NCBI GenBank assembly: GCA_964364055.1 | Contig: CAYILT010000001.1 | Span: forward strand, 2,584-60,675 | Origin: an uncultured Nitrospiraceae bacterium | GTDB lineage: Bacteria; Nitrospirota; UBA9217 | DNA: 58,092 nucleotides | Direction of reading: 5' to 3' | Part shown: positions 18,775 through 28,995 of the stretch, piece by piece | Layout: each line of letters starts with the position of its first letter | Numbering within the stretch: the stretch's first letter is position 1 | Notes under the pieces: generated by a model | Told to the model about the DNA's origin: nothing | The model's input: the letters and a program-made list of their open reading frames with translations, nothing else | Databases searched by the model: none | Program-made: the position numbers and the translations under genes

Positions 18775-20193
18775 ATGAAAAAGCGTTACACACGACGGGA
18801 TTTTCTCAAACAGGCAGGAATAGGCGCAGCGAGCCTGGCAGCTGGCCCGGCACTCCTCAACGATGTCTTTGCCCAGGCATCCGGGCGGAGGACGCTCAGG
18901 ATCCTCCAGTGGAGCCATTTCGTACCGAGCCACGACAAATGGTACGACCAGTACGCCAAGCAGTGGGGCGAGAAGAACAACGTGGATGTGATCGTGGACC
19001 ATATCGGCCTTGCCGATCTCAAGAGCACCTTCGCCGCCGAGGTCGCGGCGGGGAAAGGCCACGATATCGTCGAGTTCATCGATCCGCCGTCCGATTTCGA
19101 ACCCAGCGTCATGGACCTCTCGGACCTGAACCAGGAGGCGGCCAAGCGGTTCGGCAAGCAGGCGCCCTTCGCCACGCGCAGCACGTACAATCCCAACACG
19201 AAGAAATACTACGGCTTCTGCCACGGATGGACCATCGATCCCGGCGACTATCGCAAGTCCCTCTGGGAGAAGGCGGGCAAGCCCAACGGTCCGGAGTCCT
19301 GGGAGGACCTGCTGACCTACGGCGCGAAGATCAAGAACGAGCAGGGCATCCAGATGGGGATCGGGATCTCCCAGGAACTGGACTCGAACATGGCGGAGCG
19401 GACGCTGCTGTGGTCCTTCGACAGCTCCATTCAGGACGAGCAGGAGAACGTGGTCCTGGACAACAAGAATACCGTCGAGGCCGTAAAGTTCATGGCCGAA
19501 CTGTACCACAAGACCATGACGCCCGAAGTGTTCGGCTGGACCGCGGCATCGAACAACCAGCTGCTCCTCGCGGGCAAGGCGTCGTACATCCTGAACTCCA
19601 TCTCGGCCTACCGGTCCGCCCAGAAGGACGTCCCCGAAGTCGCCAAGGACGTCTTCTTCACGCCCGCGCTCAAGGGCCCGCGCGGCACAGCGATCGCCTG
19701 CGAGCATGTGATCTACATCGCCGTGGTCCCGAAGTTCTCCGAGAAGAACGCCGACCTCTCGAAGCAGTTCCTGCTCGACCGCTGCGCGAACTACGACCGC
19801 GCCATGTGGGAGAGCAAGCTGTACAATTCGCCGGCCTTCTTCGGCACCGCGGTGCCGGGCGGCGACCGCGGCTATCCGGTTGTGGCGCAGGCGAAATCCC
19901 TCCGGGACCTGCACAACGCATGGTTCAGCAACGACCCCTTCACGCTTCCCGGCGAGCGGACCGACAAGCTCATACCGCTCAAGGACGCGGAAAAGTGGAC
20001 CACCAACGTCGGCTTCCCCGGTACGGCGAACCCGGCCGAAGGCGAGATCTTCGGCACCTTCGTGCTGCCGGGCATGTTCGCGCGCGTGGCGCAGGGCAAG
20101 CAGAGCGCCGAGGAGTCCGTGAAGCAGGCGGCCGCCGAGTGCAAGAAGGTCTTCGACAAGTGGCGGGCCCAGGGGCTGCTGCGCAAGGGTTAA
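18775..20193 (+). CDS. ABC transporter substrate-binding protein (sugar/family-1 type) with Tat signal
   Basis: RRDFLKQAGIGAASLAAGP twin-arginine leader, AAGGAGG upstream and a 472-aa SBP-like composition. Confidence 0.8.
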   Translation: MKKRYTRRDFLKQAGIGAASLAAGPALLNDVFAQASGRRTLRILQWSHFVPSHDKWYDQYAKQWGEKNNVDVIVDHIGLADLKSTFAAEVAAGKGHDIVEFIDPPSDFEPSVMDLSDLNQEAAKRFGKQAPFATRSTYNPNTKKYYGFCHGWTIDPGDYRKSLWEKAGKPNGPESWEDLLTYGAKIKNEQGIQMGIGISQELDSNMAERTLLWSFDSSIQDEQENVVLDNKNTVEAVKFMAELYHKTMTPEVFGWTAASNNQLLLAGKASYILNSISAYRSAQKDVPEVAKDVFFTPALKGPRGTAIACEHVIYIAVVPKFSEKNADLSKQFLLDRCANYDRAMWESKLYNSPAFFGTAVPGGDRGYPVVAQAKSLRDLHNAWFSNDPFTLPGERTDKLIPLKDAEKWTTNVGFPGTANPAEGEIFGTFVLPGMFARVAQGKQSAEESVKQAAAECKKVFDKWRAQGLLRKG

Positions 20194-20216
20194 GAGTCGA
20201 AGGCGAAAACCACTAT

Positions 20217-20316
20217 CACCACAGAGGCACAGAGCCAAAAGTAGGCGCCTCTAGGCGACACAGAGGAGAGCAGGGCGTGTAATGCATTTCTCCGTGTCCT
20301 CTGTGTCTCTGTGGTG
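20217..20316. repeat. REP (cacagaggcacagag family)
   Basis: caccacagaggcacagag ... ctccgtgtcctctgtgtctctgtggtg inverted arms. The internal gtaggcgcctctaggcga is shared with 22350-22380. Confidence 0.55.
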
Positions 20317-20346
20317 CCGTCTCATAGGGGCGTAATAAACAATCAC

Positions 20347-21348
20347 ATGGCGAACGTACAGCTCATCGGCATCAAGAAGCATTTCGGCGGGGTCAAGGCG
20401 GTAGACGGCATTGACCTTGAGATCGCTGACGGCGAGTTTCTGGCGCTCCTCGGCCCTTCGGGGAGCGGCAAGACCACGTTGATGAGGCTCGTGGCGGGCC
20501 TCGAGGCGCCCACGGGCGGGCGCATTGTCATTGACGGCGCGGTCGTGAACGACCTGGCGCCGCGTGAGCGGGGGATCGCCATGGTGTTCCAGAGCTATGC
20601 CCTTTACCCGCACAAGACGGTCTACGGGAACATCTCGTTCCCGCTCTCGGTCGAGAAGATGCCGAAGGAAGAGATGCGGAAGAAGGCGGAATGGGCAGCC
20701 GGGCTCCTGGGCATCGGACATCTCCTCGGCCGCATGCCTTCTCAGATCTCCGGCGGCGAGCGCCAGCGCGTGGCCATCGCCCGGGCGCTGGTGCGGCGGC
20801 CGAAGGTGCTGCTGATGGACGAGCCGCTGTCCAACCTCGACGCCAAGGTGCGCCACACGGCCCGCGAGGAACTGAAGCTCTTCCAGCGGGAGATCAATGT
20901 GACCACCATCTATGTTACCCACGACCAGGCCGAGGCCATGGGCCTGGGCGACCGGATCGCGGTGATGCACGATGGAACGATCCGCCAGATCGGGACGCCG
21001 GAGGCGATCTATCACGATCCAGCCAACACTTTCGTTGCGGGATTCGTCGGCATACCGCCGATGAACTTTATCGAGCGGGACGGTGTGGTCCTTGGGTTCC
21101 GACCCGAGGCGCTGCTTCCCGCGGAGGCGAACCCGGCGGAGGACAGCATGCGCTTGCGGTTCCGCGTCGAACGGGTGGAGGACCTGGGATCGCACCGGCT
21201 CGTCTACGGTACCATTGGAGGTACGAAGGTGATCGCGAACCTGTTCTTCCGCACCTCCATTGCCGAGGGGGAGGAACGCGACTTTGCCGTGAGCAATCGG
21301 GACCTCAGGCGCTTCGACGTGAAGACCGGCGAAAGGGTCCGGCCATGA
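20347..21348 (+). CDS. ABC transporter ATP-binding protein (MalK/UgpC type)
   Basis: GPSGSGKTT Walker A, QISGGERQRVAIARAL signature, LLMDEPLSNLD Walker B and a C-terminal regulatory/TOBE-like extension. Confidence 0.9.
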   Translation: MANVQLIGIKKHFGGVKAVDGIDLEIADGEFLALLGPSGSGKTTLMRLVAGLEAPTGGRIVIDGAVVNDLAPRERGIAMVFQSYALYPHKTVYGNISFPLSVEKMPKEEMRKKAEWAAGLLGIGHLLGRMPSQISGGERQRVAIARALVRRPKVLLMDEPLSNLDAKVRHTAREELKLFQREINVTTIYVTHDQAEAMGLGDRIAVMHDGTIRQIGTPEAIYHDPANTFVAGFVGIPPMNFIERDGVVLGFRPEALLPAEANPAEDSMRLRFRVERVEDLGSHRLVYGTIGGTKVIANLFFRTSIAEGEERDFAVSNRDLRRFDVKTGERVRP

Positions 21349-22265
21349 ACGTGCGCCGGTTGTTCGAGCGGGAGACATTCCTCGCCCCGCTGCTGCTGAC
21401 CCCGGTGGCGGCGTACATGGTCCTGCTGGTGGGCTTTCCGTTCGTCATGGCGTTCGTGTACAGCTTCAGCAACGTGACCGTGGGAAATCCCGAATACCGC
21501 ATCATCGGGTTTGGAAACTTCCTCGCCGTGCTCGGCGACCCGATATTCCGGAAATCGCTCCTGAACACCTGCATCTTCACCTTCATCTCGATCGGCATGG
21601 TGCTGGTGCTCTCGAACATGCTGTCGGAGCTTCTGACGCGGCAGTTCCGCGCCAAGTGGCTCATCCGCTTCCTGATCATGATGCCCTGGACCGCGCCGAT
21701 CGCGCTGGGGACCATCGGCTACCTCTGGTTCCTCGATTCCGTGTTCAGCCCGATCGACTGGCTCCTGCGGACCTGGGGACTGCTCGGGAAGCCCCACGCA
21801 CTGCTGGGCCCCATGAGCAACATGTACTGGCTCGGCCAACCGGGCCTGGCCATGGCTTCGGTCATCCTGGTGCATGTCTGGCGGCTCCTGCCCCTGGCGA
21901 CGATGATCCGCATCGCAGGCATGAACTCCATTCCGCGGGAGATCATCGAGGCGGCGCAGGTGGACGGCGCAGGGTACTATCGGAGGCTTTTCCACATCGT
22001 CCTGCCGCTTCTGCTGCCGGTGATCAGCGTGACCATTCTCTTTTCGACCTTGTTTACCTTCACGGACATGACCGTGGTCTGGGTCCTGACCAAGGGCGGG
22101 CCGCCGGACCACAGCACCCAGGTCCTGGCGAGCTTCGCGTTCCTGAAGGGGATCCAGGGGGGCGATCTGGCTCAGGGGGCGGCCATCGCCCTGTTCTTCT
22201 TCCCGGTGCTCGCGGGTGTGGCAGCGGTCGTGCTTCGGATCGCGAAGAAGGCGGTGGTGACGTAG
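21345..22265 (+). CDS. ABC transporter permease (MalF/UgpA type)
   Basis: The ATG overlaps the upstream stop (ATGA). Six hydrophobic segments and the EAAQVDGAGYYRRLFHIVLP EAA loop. Confidence 0.85.
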   Translation: MNVRRLFERETFLAPLLLTPVAAYMVLLVGFPFVMAFVYSFSNVTVGNPEYRIIGFGNFLAVLGDPIFRKSLLNTCIFTFISIGMVLVLSNMLSELLTRQFRAKWLIRFLIMMPWTAPIALGTIGYLWFLDSVFSPIDWLLRTWGLLGKPHALLGPMSNMYWLGQPGLAMASVILVHVWRLLPLATMIRIAGMNSIPREIIEAAQVDGAGYYRRLFHIVLPLLLPVISVTILFSTLFTFTDMTVVWVLTKGGPPDHSTQVLASFAFLKGIQGGDLAQGAAIALFFFPVLAGVAAVVLRIAKKAVVT

Positions 22266-22274
22266 GAGAGGTTA

Positions 22275-22470
22275 CGGAATGAACCACGGAGGCACGGAGG
22301 ACACAGAGGAAGCCATCAAAAGCAGGACGGTTTTACCGCGAAGCCGCAACCAACAGTAGGCGCTTCTAAGCGAGAGCGCCTAGGACGGCGGAACTGACAG
22401 ATAGGGATTTCCTTCGCGTCCTTCGCGCCTTGGCGGTTCAATTCTGTTTCCAGCTTTATGGATTAACGGT
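22275..22470. repeat. REP cluster between the two permease genes
   Basis: ccacggaggcacggaggacacagagg, gtaggcgcttctaagcga and ttccttcgcgtccttcgcgcc blocks. Confidence 0.5.
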
Positions 22471-22479
22471 ATTCAGCAT

Positions 22480-23319
22480 ATGATAAAGAAGATATTCTCA
22501 CAAAGCCGGATCTACGCCGCGCTCGCGCCATTCATCATCTTCTCTGCGGCGCCGTTCTACGTGATGCTCATCACCATGTTCAAGCGGAGCCACGACCTGT
22601 TCAGTCCCACCAACAACCCGTTCTGGCTGAACGAACCGGCTACGCTGGAGCATCTCGATCTGCTGTTCAACGAAACCCTCTATGGGAAATTCCTGCTGAA
22701 TACGTTCCTGGTGGGCCTCGCGGTCGTGGTCATCACGGTGGTACTGGCGGTGCCGGCAGCGCTCAGCCTGGCCCGGCTGGCGGGAAGGTGGGGGGAGAGC
22801 GTAGCCATCGGGATATTCCTCACCTATCTCGTGCCGCCGACGCTGCTGTTCCTTCCGCTCTCGCGGATCGTATCGTTCCTGGGGCTCCAGAACTCCCTCT
22901 GGTCCCTCGTCCTGGTGTATCCCACGTTCACCGTGCCGTTCTGTACGTGGCTGATGATGAGCTTCTTCAAGTCCATCCCCAAGGACATCGAGGAGCAGGC
23001 TCTCGTGGACGGTTGCAGCAGGGCCGGCGCGATGATAAAGATACTGCTTCCCCTGTCCGTGCCGGGGATCATCACGGTCGTTGTCTTTTCCTTCACGCTC
23101 GTGGCCCATGAGTACATCTACGCGCTGGCCTTTATCCAGGATTCTACGATAAAGACCATCGGCATCGGTATGACGACGGAACTCGTGAGGGGTGACGTGT
23201 TCTATTGGGGGGCGCTGATGGGCGGGGCGCTGCTGGCAAGCATTCCGGTTGCGATACTCTATACGCTCTTCCTTGACCGGATCATCTCCGGCATGGCCCT
23301 GGGGGCGGTGAGGAAGTGA
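22480..23319 (+). CDS. ABC transporter permease (MalG/UgpE type)
   Basis: EEQALVDGCSRAGAMIKILLP EAA loop and six hydrophobic segments. Confidence 0.85.
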   Translation: MIKKIFSQSRIYAALAPFIIFSAAPFYVMLITMFKRSHDLFSPTNNPFWLNEPATLEHLDLLFNETLYGKFLLNTFLVGLAVVVITVVLAVPAALSLARLAGRWGESVAIGIFLTYLVPPTLLFLPLSRIVSFLGLQNSLWSLVLVYPTFTVPFCTWLMMSFFKSIPKDIEEQALVDGCSRAGAMIKILLPLSVPGIITVVVFSFTLVAHEYIYALAFIQDSTIKTIGIGMTTELVRGDVFYWGALMGGALLASIPVAILYTLFLDRIISGMALGAVRK

Positions 23320-23477
23320 CGACGTCCGTGTGACTGATGGAAATGTATTCTCACACCGGCTACGCCCGTTCCCGATGTTTTGCTCCCATTGCATTGACCG
23401 CCGTTCTGTGATAGTCGTCTATTGCCGTACGACCCTTTCCGACATTCTTCCACACATCCCATCGGTCCCAACATCCA

Positions 23478-25397
23478 TCAGGCGAGGAGCTTCTCGAACT
23501 CCGCCGCCGGCACGGCCGGGCTGAAGTAAAATCCCTGCCCCATATCGCACCGCAGCAGGTGCAGGATGTTCCGCTGCTCTTCGGTCTCGACGCCTTCCGC
23601 AATGGTCTTGAGGTTCAGGCTGCGCGCCAGGCCCGTGATCGCCGTGATGATCGAGGCTGCATCGGGGTCCTTCGCCACGTCCCGGATAAAGGACATGTCG
23701 ATCTTGAGGTTGTCCACCGGCAGCTTCTTGATGTAGTTCAGCGAGGAGTAGCCGGTCCCGAAGTCGTCCACGGAGATCGAGACGCCCGTGTCCTTCAGTT
23801 TCTTAAGAATTGAGATCGTTAGGTCCATGTCGTGGATGCAGATCCCTTCGGTGACCTCGAGGGTCAGGCGCCGCGGATCGAGGCGGAACTCGCGGATGAC
23901 GTCGGACACCATGCCGACGAGATACTTGTGGCGGAACTGGATGAGCGATAGGTTCACCGAGACCGGGAACATCCGCCCGTTGCCGCTCCACTCCTTGATC
24001 TGCCTGCAGGCCGACCGCATCACCCATTCGCCCACATCGATGATCAGACCCGTGTCCTCCAGCGTAGGAATGAACTTTGACGGCGAGACCATTCCCAGTT
24101 CGCCGCTTTTCCATCTGATGAGCGCCTCGGCGCCGGCGATCCTCTTGGTGGTCAGATCGCAGTAGGGCTGGTAGTTGATGAGGTACTCGTCGTTCTTGAG
24201 CGCGCTGAAGAGACGTTTCTCGAGAAAGTAGAAATCGGACATCCGTTCCACGATGTCGGAGCTGAAGAACTGGACCGTGTTCCTTCCCTGCACCTTTGCG
24301 CGGGAGAGTGCCATGTCGGCGTTCTTCAGCAGGGTTTCGGCGTCCTGGCCGTTGAGGGGAAAGACCGCGATGCCGATGGTGACGGTCACGACGATGTCCT
24401 GCTCGACGATCTTCATGCTGCTCGAGATCGCGTCCTTGATCTTCCTCGCCACGGCGGCCGCGTCCGCCATCAGGGTGTCGCTCAGGTGAACCACGGCGAA
24501 TTCGTCGCTGCCGAGCCGTGCCACAAGGTCCTTGTTCCCGATCGCCGCCCGCAGAAGCTCGGCGGTCCGCGTCAGTACCTTGTCGCCCATATCATAGCCG
24601 AAGATGTCATTGATATACTTGAACCGGTCGATGTCCATGATCAGCACGGAGAGGGCGCGGCTGCCCTGGCGGGCGGCGGCGAGCTCCTGTTCCAGCCGGG
24701 CGACCAGGCGCTTTCTGTTCGGGACCCCGGTCAGGGCGTCGTGATGGTCAAGGTAATCAAGCTTCTCTTCCAGGTTCTTCTGCCGCGTGACCTCCCGCGC
24801 CGTCGAGAGCATCCGCGTGATATTGCCCCTGCTGTCCTTGAGCGGCGTGACGTGTTCCTGGAGGAAGAACGGTTCCCCGCTCTTTCTCCGGCAGATCACC
24901 TCGGCCCGGTAGGGAGTGCCGAGCATGACCGTTTCCCGCATCACGCGAAGGTATTTATCGTCGGTGTACCAGGGCAGCCAGGGTTTGCTTCGCTTCCCCA
25001 CAAGCTCCTTCTGCGTATAGCCCGTGGTCTCTTCCACGGCCTTGTTGACATATTCGATCCTTCCTTTACGCTCCACGATCGTGATGAGATCGCCGGCCTG
25101 ATCCGCCGTCTGCAGGACCCGGCCCATCCTCTCCTCGGTGCGGCGGCGGCGCTCGAACTCCCTCCGGATGAACACCAACGAGGTAAGGGCTATGACAAGC
25201 GCCGCGACGAAGCAACCGGCAACCATGATCATCGTGCGGTACACGGGTCCGGCAAGGGCGTCATGAGTGAGCCCGTGCGAACCGATGGCTACACGGAGCG
25301 AGGACAGCGCCTCGTACGAGCCGGCGCCGGCAAGGAACAGCAGCAGGACGCCGAGGCCGACCATTGTCCCGTATACCTTTTTTTGTGATGAGTTCAC
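23478..25397 (-). CDS. Membrane PAS-GGDEF-EAL signalling protein
   Basis: Two TM segments and a PAS region (ITIVERKGRIEYVNKA). The GGDEF domain has the variant RLGSDEF. The EAL domain has EALIRW, DDFGTGYSSL and KIDMSFI. The start is a GTG. Confidence 0.9.
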   Translation of the reverse strand: MNSSQKKVYGTMVGLGVLLLFLAGAGSYEALSSLRVAIGSHGLTHDALAGPVYRTMIMVAGCFVAALVIALTSLVFIRREFERRRRTEERMGRVLQTADQAGDLITIVERKGRIEYVNKAVEETTGYTQKELVGKRSKPWLPWYTDDKYLRVMRETVMLGTPYRAEVICRRKSGEPFFLQEHVTPLKDSRGNITRMLSTAREVTRQKNLEEKLDYLDHHDALTGVPNRKRLVARLEQELAAARQGSRALSVLIMDIDRFKYINDIFGYDMGDKVLTRTAELLRAAIGNKDLVARLGSDEFAVVHLSDTLMADAAAVARKIKDAISSSMKIVEQDIVVTVTIGIAVFPLNGQDAETLLKNADMALSRAKVQGRNTVQFFSSDIVERMSDFYFLEKRLFSALKNDEYLINYQPYCDLTTKRIAGAEALIRWKSGELGMVSPSKFIPTLEDTGLIIDVGEWVMRSACRQIKEWSGNGRMFPVSVNLSLIQFRHKYLVGMVSDVIREFRLDPRRLTLEVTEGICIHDMDLTISILKKLKDTGVSISVDDFGTGYSSLNYIKKLPVDNLKIDMSFIRDVAKDPDAASIITAITGLARSLNLKTIAEGVETEEQRNILHLLRCDMGQGFYFSPAVPAAEFEKLLA

Positions 25398-25747
25398 GAT
25401 GCTATGCTCCGAAAAACATCATGTGGTGAGTCCGGCACGCATGATTCATTGTAGCATAGATGACGGGAGGAGCGGGAGGACATCTGTGCCGCGATAGCCA
25501 CATCGCCGCCGAGGGTCATATGAATGAAGTACCTTGAGGAAAGGAAAGGGGTGCTCTATCCAAAGAATCGAACTGTTGCAGGGATGCGAACCATGAAAGC
25601 AGGGCATATACAAGGAAACATGACCAAGCCAGGGTGTAGGAAGTTTGTCATCTTAAAAAGCGATCAAAGTGATGGATTCAGGATTAAACGATACGGTCGA
25701 ACGTGGCCGCCGAGGGGGAGGGGCCGGAGCACTCGCTTCCTGTATTG

Positions 25748-26290
25748 TTATTGATGTTCCCCGCAGCTTGCTCCAGGGAAGCATCGATCCTCGTTCTCGT
25801 CCTGCACTGCCCGGCCTGTCTGCACCAGGGCGAGCTCGTCGGCGGAAAAGACCGCATCGATGTCCAGGATGATGACGAACCGGTCGTTCTGCCTGCCCAT
25901 ACCCCTGATGAACTCCGTTTTCAGTTTCGTACCGATCCGCGGCGGAGGGAGGATGGTGTCGGCGCCGAGATCGAGCACTTCCTGCACCGAGTCCGCAAGG
26001 GCGCCCAGGAGCGTCGTTTCCCCGTCCACGGTCACCTCCGCGATGATCACACAGGTGTTCACCGTTCTCTCGGTCATGGTCATCCCGAACTTGAGCCGGA
26101 GGTCGACGACGGGGACAACGGTACCCCGCAGGTTGATCACGCCGCGCATGAATGCCGGCGTCCGGGGGACCCTCGTCACCGTGGTGAAGTCGAGCACCTC
26201 CCGAACCTTGGTGATATCCAGGGCAAAGACCTCCTCGCCGAGCCGGAAGGTCAGATATTGCGTTGTCGCGGACGTTTCCGTCGTCTCCAT
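25748..26290 (-). CDS. cheW: Chemotaxis coupling protein CheW
   Basis: YLTFRLGEEVFALDITKVREV...VPRTPAFMRGVINLRGTVVPVVDL. GGAGG lies upstream of the METTE start. Confidence 0.9.
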   Translation of the reverse strand: METTETSATTQYLTFRLGEEVFALDITKVREVLDFTTVTRVPRTPAFMRGVINLRGTVVPVVDLRLKFGMTMTERTVNTCVIIAEVTVDGETTLLGALADSVQEVLDLGADTILPPPRIGTKLKTEFIRGMGRQNDRFVIILDIDAVFSADELALVQTGRAVQDENEDRCFPGASCGEHQ

Positions 26291-26358
26291 AAGAACCTCC
26301 CGCGTCGGCCGGGGACGGGCTGATGAACCCCCGACCCTGCTTACGCCTGGCATCGGGG

Positions 26359-27927
26359 CTAGAACCGCTCAAACTCCTGGTCCCGGGACCTTCCGCTCTT
26401 CGCACCTTCATGCTGTCCCAGGTCGATCGTGGCTCCGCGCCGTTGTTCCGGATGGGGCTCTTTCCGGATGACCGGGGCGAGCGGCTTGGTCTGATAGGAC
26501 GTCAGGCGGCTTCCGGGCTGCAGCCGCGGTACCGTGCGGCCGCCGTTGGCATCCACCTTGAAGAACGCCACCGTCTGCAGGAGCTGTTCCGACTGGGAGG
26601 AAAGCTCCTGTGCCGTCGAGGCCATCTCCTCGGTCGCCCCGGCGTTCTGCTGGATCACGTTGTTCAGTTGCTGGATCGAGCTGTTGATCTGGTCGGCTCC
26701 CGATGCCTGCTCCTTGCTTGACGCGCTTATCTCCTGCACGAGCCCCGCTGTTTTCTGGATATCAGGGACGAGCTTGGCGAGCATGGCGCCGGCGCGCTCG
26801 GCCACATCGACGCTCGAGCCGGACAGGTGGCCGATCTCGCCCGCAGCCACCTGGCTCCGTTCGGCAAGCTTCCTCACCTCGGCAGCAACCACGGCGAACC
26901 CCTTGCCGTGTTCGCCGGCGCGCGCGGCCTCGATCGCGGCGTTCAATGCCAGCAGGTTGGTCTGCCGGGCGATCTCCTCGATCACGGAGATCTTCCCCGC
27001 GATATCCTTCATGGCCCTCACCGCCTCGGACACGGCCTTGCCGCTCTCCAGGGCGTCGCTGGCGCTTTTCTGGGAGATCTTCTCGGTCGCAACGGCGTTG
27101 TCGGCGTTCTGCCTGATCGTTGCATGCATCTCCTCGATCGATGCCGATGCCTCTTCAGCCGAGGCCGCCTGCTCCGTGCCGCCCTGGGACATCTGCTCGG
27201 ACCCGGCCGCGAGCTGACGGCTGCCTGACGCAACGTTATCCGCCGCGTTCTTGACGTCCGACACGACCTCTTTCAGCTTCAGCACCATGGACCCTATGGC
27301 GGTGAACAGCATTCCGATCTCGTCGCCTGACTCCGCATCGACGGCGCGGGTCAGATCGCCGCCGGCCACCTGCCCGACGATGGCGTTCAGGCGGGCGATG
27401 GGTTTCAGAGCGAGGAACCGGAAGAGCAGGTAGACGATGAGCGATACCAGGAGCATGGTCCCGATGGACAGGCCGGCGAGGATCGCCTGCGACGCCCGGA
27501 GCGCGGACCGGACGTGGCCCGTTGAGTATCCGATCTTCACCGTGCCGATCTGCTCATTCTGCTGCATGATCGGGCTCGTGAATTCCAGCACGCCGGTCTT
27601 GTCCAAGTTCTCTTTCGACAGGCTGGCCAGTAATTTTCCGTCCCTGTCCTGGATGCCGACGAAGACGATGTCCTGATCGCCCGCGGACACATAGCGCACG
27701 TGATTGTCAAGGAAGGAAAAATTGAAGCTCAGGATCGGCTCTGCGGAGATCGCGGCCAGGATTCTCGCCACGTTCTCGCCCTTCCCGGTGAGTTCGTTCA
27801 CAAGAACCTTCTTTTCATGGGCGTTGATGATGAGGCCCATGGCGGTGAAGATCAGCAGGAGGGCCAGCAGGATGCTGACCAGGAACTTCCTGGTCAGCGT
27901 CCAGTGGAACAGAAAGGTGTTGGTCAT
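26359..27927 (-). CDS. Methyl-accepting chemotaxis protein
   Basis: TM, a periplasmic domain of about 110 aa, a second TM and a HAMP domain. The conserved signalling hairpin reads [40 protein letters not shown]. Confidence 0.9.
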   Translation of the reverse strand: MTNTFLFHWTLTRKFLVSILLALLLIFTAMGLIINAHEKKVLVNELTGKGENVARILAAISAEPILSFNFSFLDNHVRYVSAGDQDIVFVGIQDRDGKLLASLSKENLDKTGVLEFTSPIMQQNEQIGTVKIGYSTGHVRSALRASQAILAGLSIGTMLLVSLIVYLLFRFLALKPIARLNAIVGQVAGGDLTRAVDAESGDEIGMLFTAIGSMVLKLKEVVSDVKNAADNVASGSRQLAAGSEQMSQGGTEQAASAEEASASIEEMHATIRQNADNAVATEKISQKSASDALESGKAVSEAVRAMKDIAGKISVIEEIARQTNLLALNAAIEAARAGEHGKGFAVVAAEVRKLAERSQVAAGEIGHLSGSSVDVAERAGAMLAKLVPDIQKTAGLVQEISASSKEQASGADQINSSIQQLNNVIQQNAGATEEMASTAQELSSQSEQLLQTVAFFKVDANGGRTVPRLQPGSRLTSYQTKPLAPVIRKEPHPEQRRGATIDLGQHEGAKSGRSRDQEFERF

Positions 27928-28002
27928 GGTTTCATCTCCTCTTTCGCGCCGCTGGCGCCGTCCGCCGAAAACGGGGACCCGGGCTGTGACGCGGTTCGCA
28001 TT

Positions 28003-28866
28003 CTAGAGCGCCCCGGCGACCTTCGCAGCCTTGCGGAGTTCGTCGTACTCCTTATCGGTGACCGGGATGAACCCGGTGAGCCGCGCCGGACCGAGAATCT
28101 TCTCGTTCTGCGGATCGTTCGGCTTCAACTTGAGCAGGGCGGCCCGTATCTTTGACGCCATCTCCGGCTTCAGCTTCGCGGTGGCAAAGAAGGGCCAATT
28201 TGGGAAATAGTCGGTATAGCCCACGATCCTGATCTGGGAGACATCCAGCTTGTCCTTCATTTTGTCCAGCTCATCCTCCCGGATGCCGCCGGCATCGGCC
28301 GTCTTGTTGAACACGGCCGCGGTGACGTTCTCATGCTTCTTCGCAAAGGGGAGCACGGTGAAATCCCTGTTGACGTCCAACCCCGCCTTGCTCAGGAGAA
28401 GCATTTGGAAGACGTATCCCGCGGCCGAATCGTTGTCGACGAAGATGAGCTTTTTCCCTTTCAGATCCTGGACCTTGGCGATGCCGCTGTCCTTTCTCAC
28501 GATGATGATCCCGCGAAGACGGGTGCCGCTCTTCACCTCCGATGACAGGGCGAGGGGCTCAAGGTTGCTCTTCTCCTTCGCCTGGACATAGATGAGGGGA
28601 TTTGCGAACCCCACGTCCATCTGTCCCGCCTTCACGGCGTCCTTGAAGGCATCGAAGTCCTTGGGGACCACGATGGTAAACTTTTCCCCGGTCTCCCTGC
28701 TCAAGTACTCGGCAAGGGGACTGTACATTGCCTGCAGCTCACCCGCGCTGAGACGCGGCAGCGCCCCGAACTTTATCTCCGCGGAAGCGGCGCCCGGCTG
28801 GAAAGCCATGACCGCAAAAGCGACAACTGCTGACGACACGATCATTCTGATGGTTCCTCTGTTCAT
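28003..28866 (-). CDS. PhnD-like periplasmic substrate-binding protein (no cognate permease or ATPase nearby)
   Basis: Signal peptide, then IKFGALPRLSAGELQAMYSPLAEYL...VGFANPLIYV...GYVFQ, typical of the phosphonate-type SBP fold. AGGAGG lies before MNRGT. Confidence 0.8.
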   Translation of the reverse strand: MNRGTIRMIVSSAVVAFAVMAFQPGAASAEIKFGALPRLSAGELQAMYSPLAEYLSRETGEKFTIVVPKDFDAFKDAVKAGQMDVGFANPLIYVQAKEKSNLEPLALSSEVKSGTRLRGIIIVRKDSGIAKVQDLKGKKLIFVDNDSAAGYVFQMLLLSKAGLDVNRDFTVLPFAKKHENVTAAVFNKTADAGGIREDELDKMKDKLDVSQIRIVGYTDYFPNWPFFATAKLKPEMASKIRAALLKLKPNDPQNEKILGPARLTGFIPVTDKEYDELRKAAKVAGAL

Positions 28867-28995
28867 ACGCCCTCCTGTGTGTTTTGATCCATTTTCGGGT
28901 ATATTCACGCCACGCCGCGTGTCTTTCGATAACCATGGGCTGCGCTGCATATTCTGTCGTCCGTCGAGGATGGTGCTCGCTGCCACGGGGCCGGA

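Noticed and set aside
18751-20238. Very long antisense ORFs lie opposite real genes: this one, plus 3934..5094, 11315..12640, 13368..14327, 15919..17103, 17140..18045, 20251..21378, 28996-antisense 29035..30048 and 33909..35189.
   Set aside because: These are typical shadow ORFs of GC-rich coding DNA. Their translations are Arg/Gly/Pro/His-rich with no motifs, whereas the opposite strand carries clear family signatures.
20691-21344. The 524-aa track ORF 20691..22265 implies a long N-terminal extension of the first permease.
   Set aside because: The extension overlaps the ABC ATPase gene out of frame and is Arg/Gly/Pro-rich. The permease begins at ATG 21345, which overlaps the ATPase stop.
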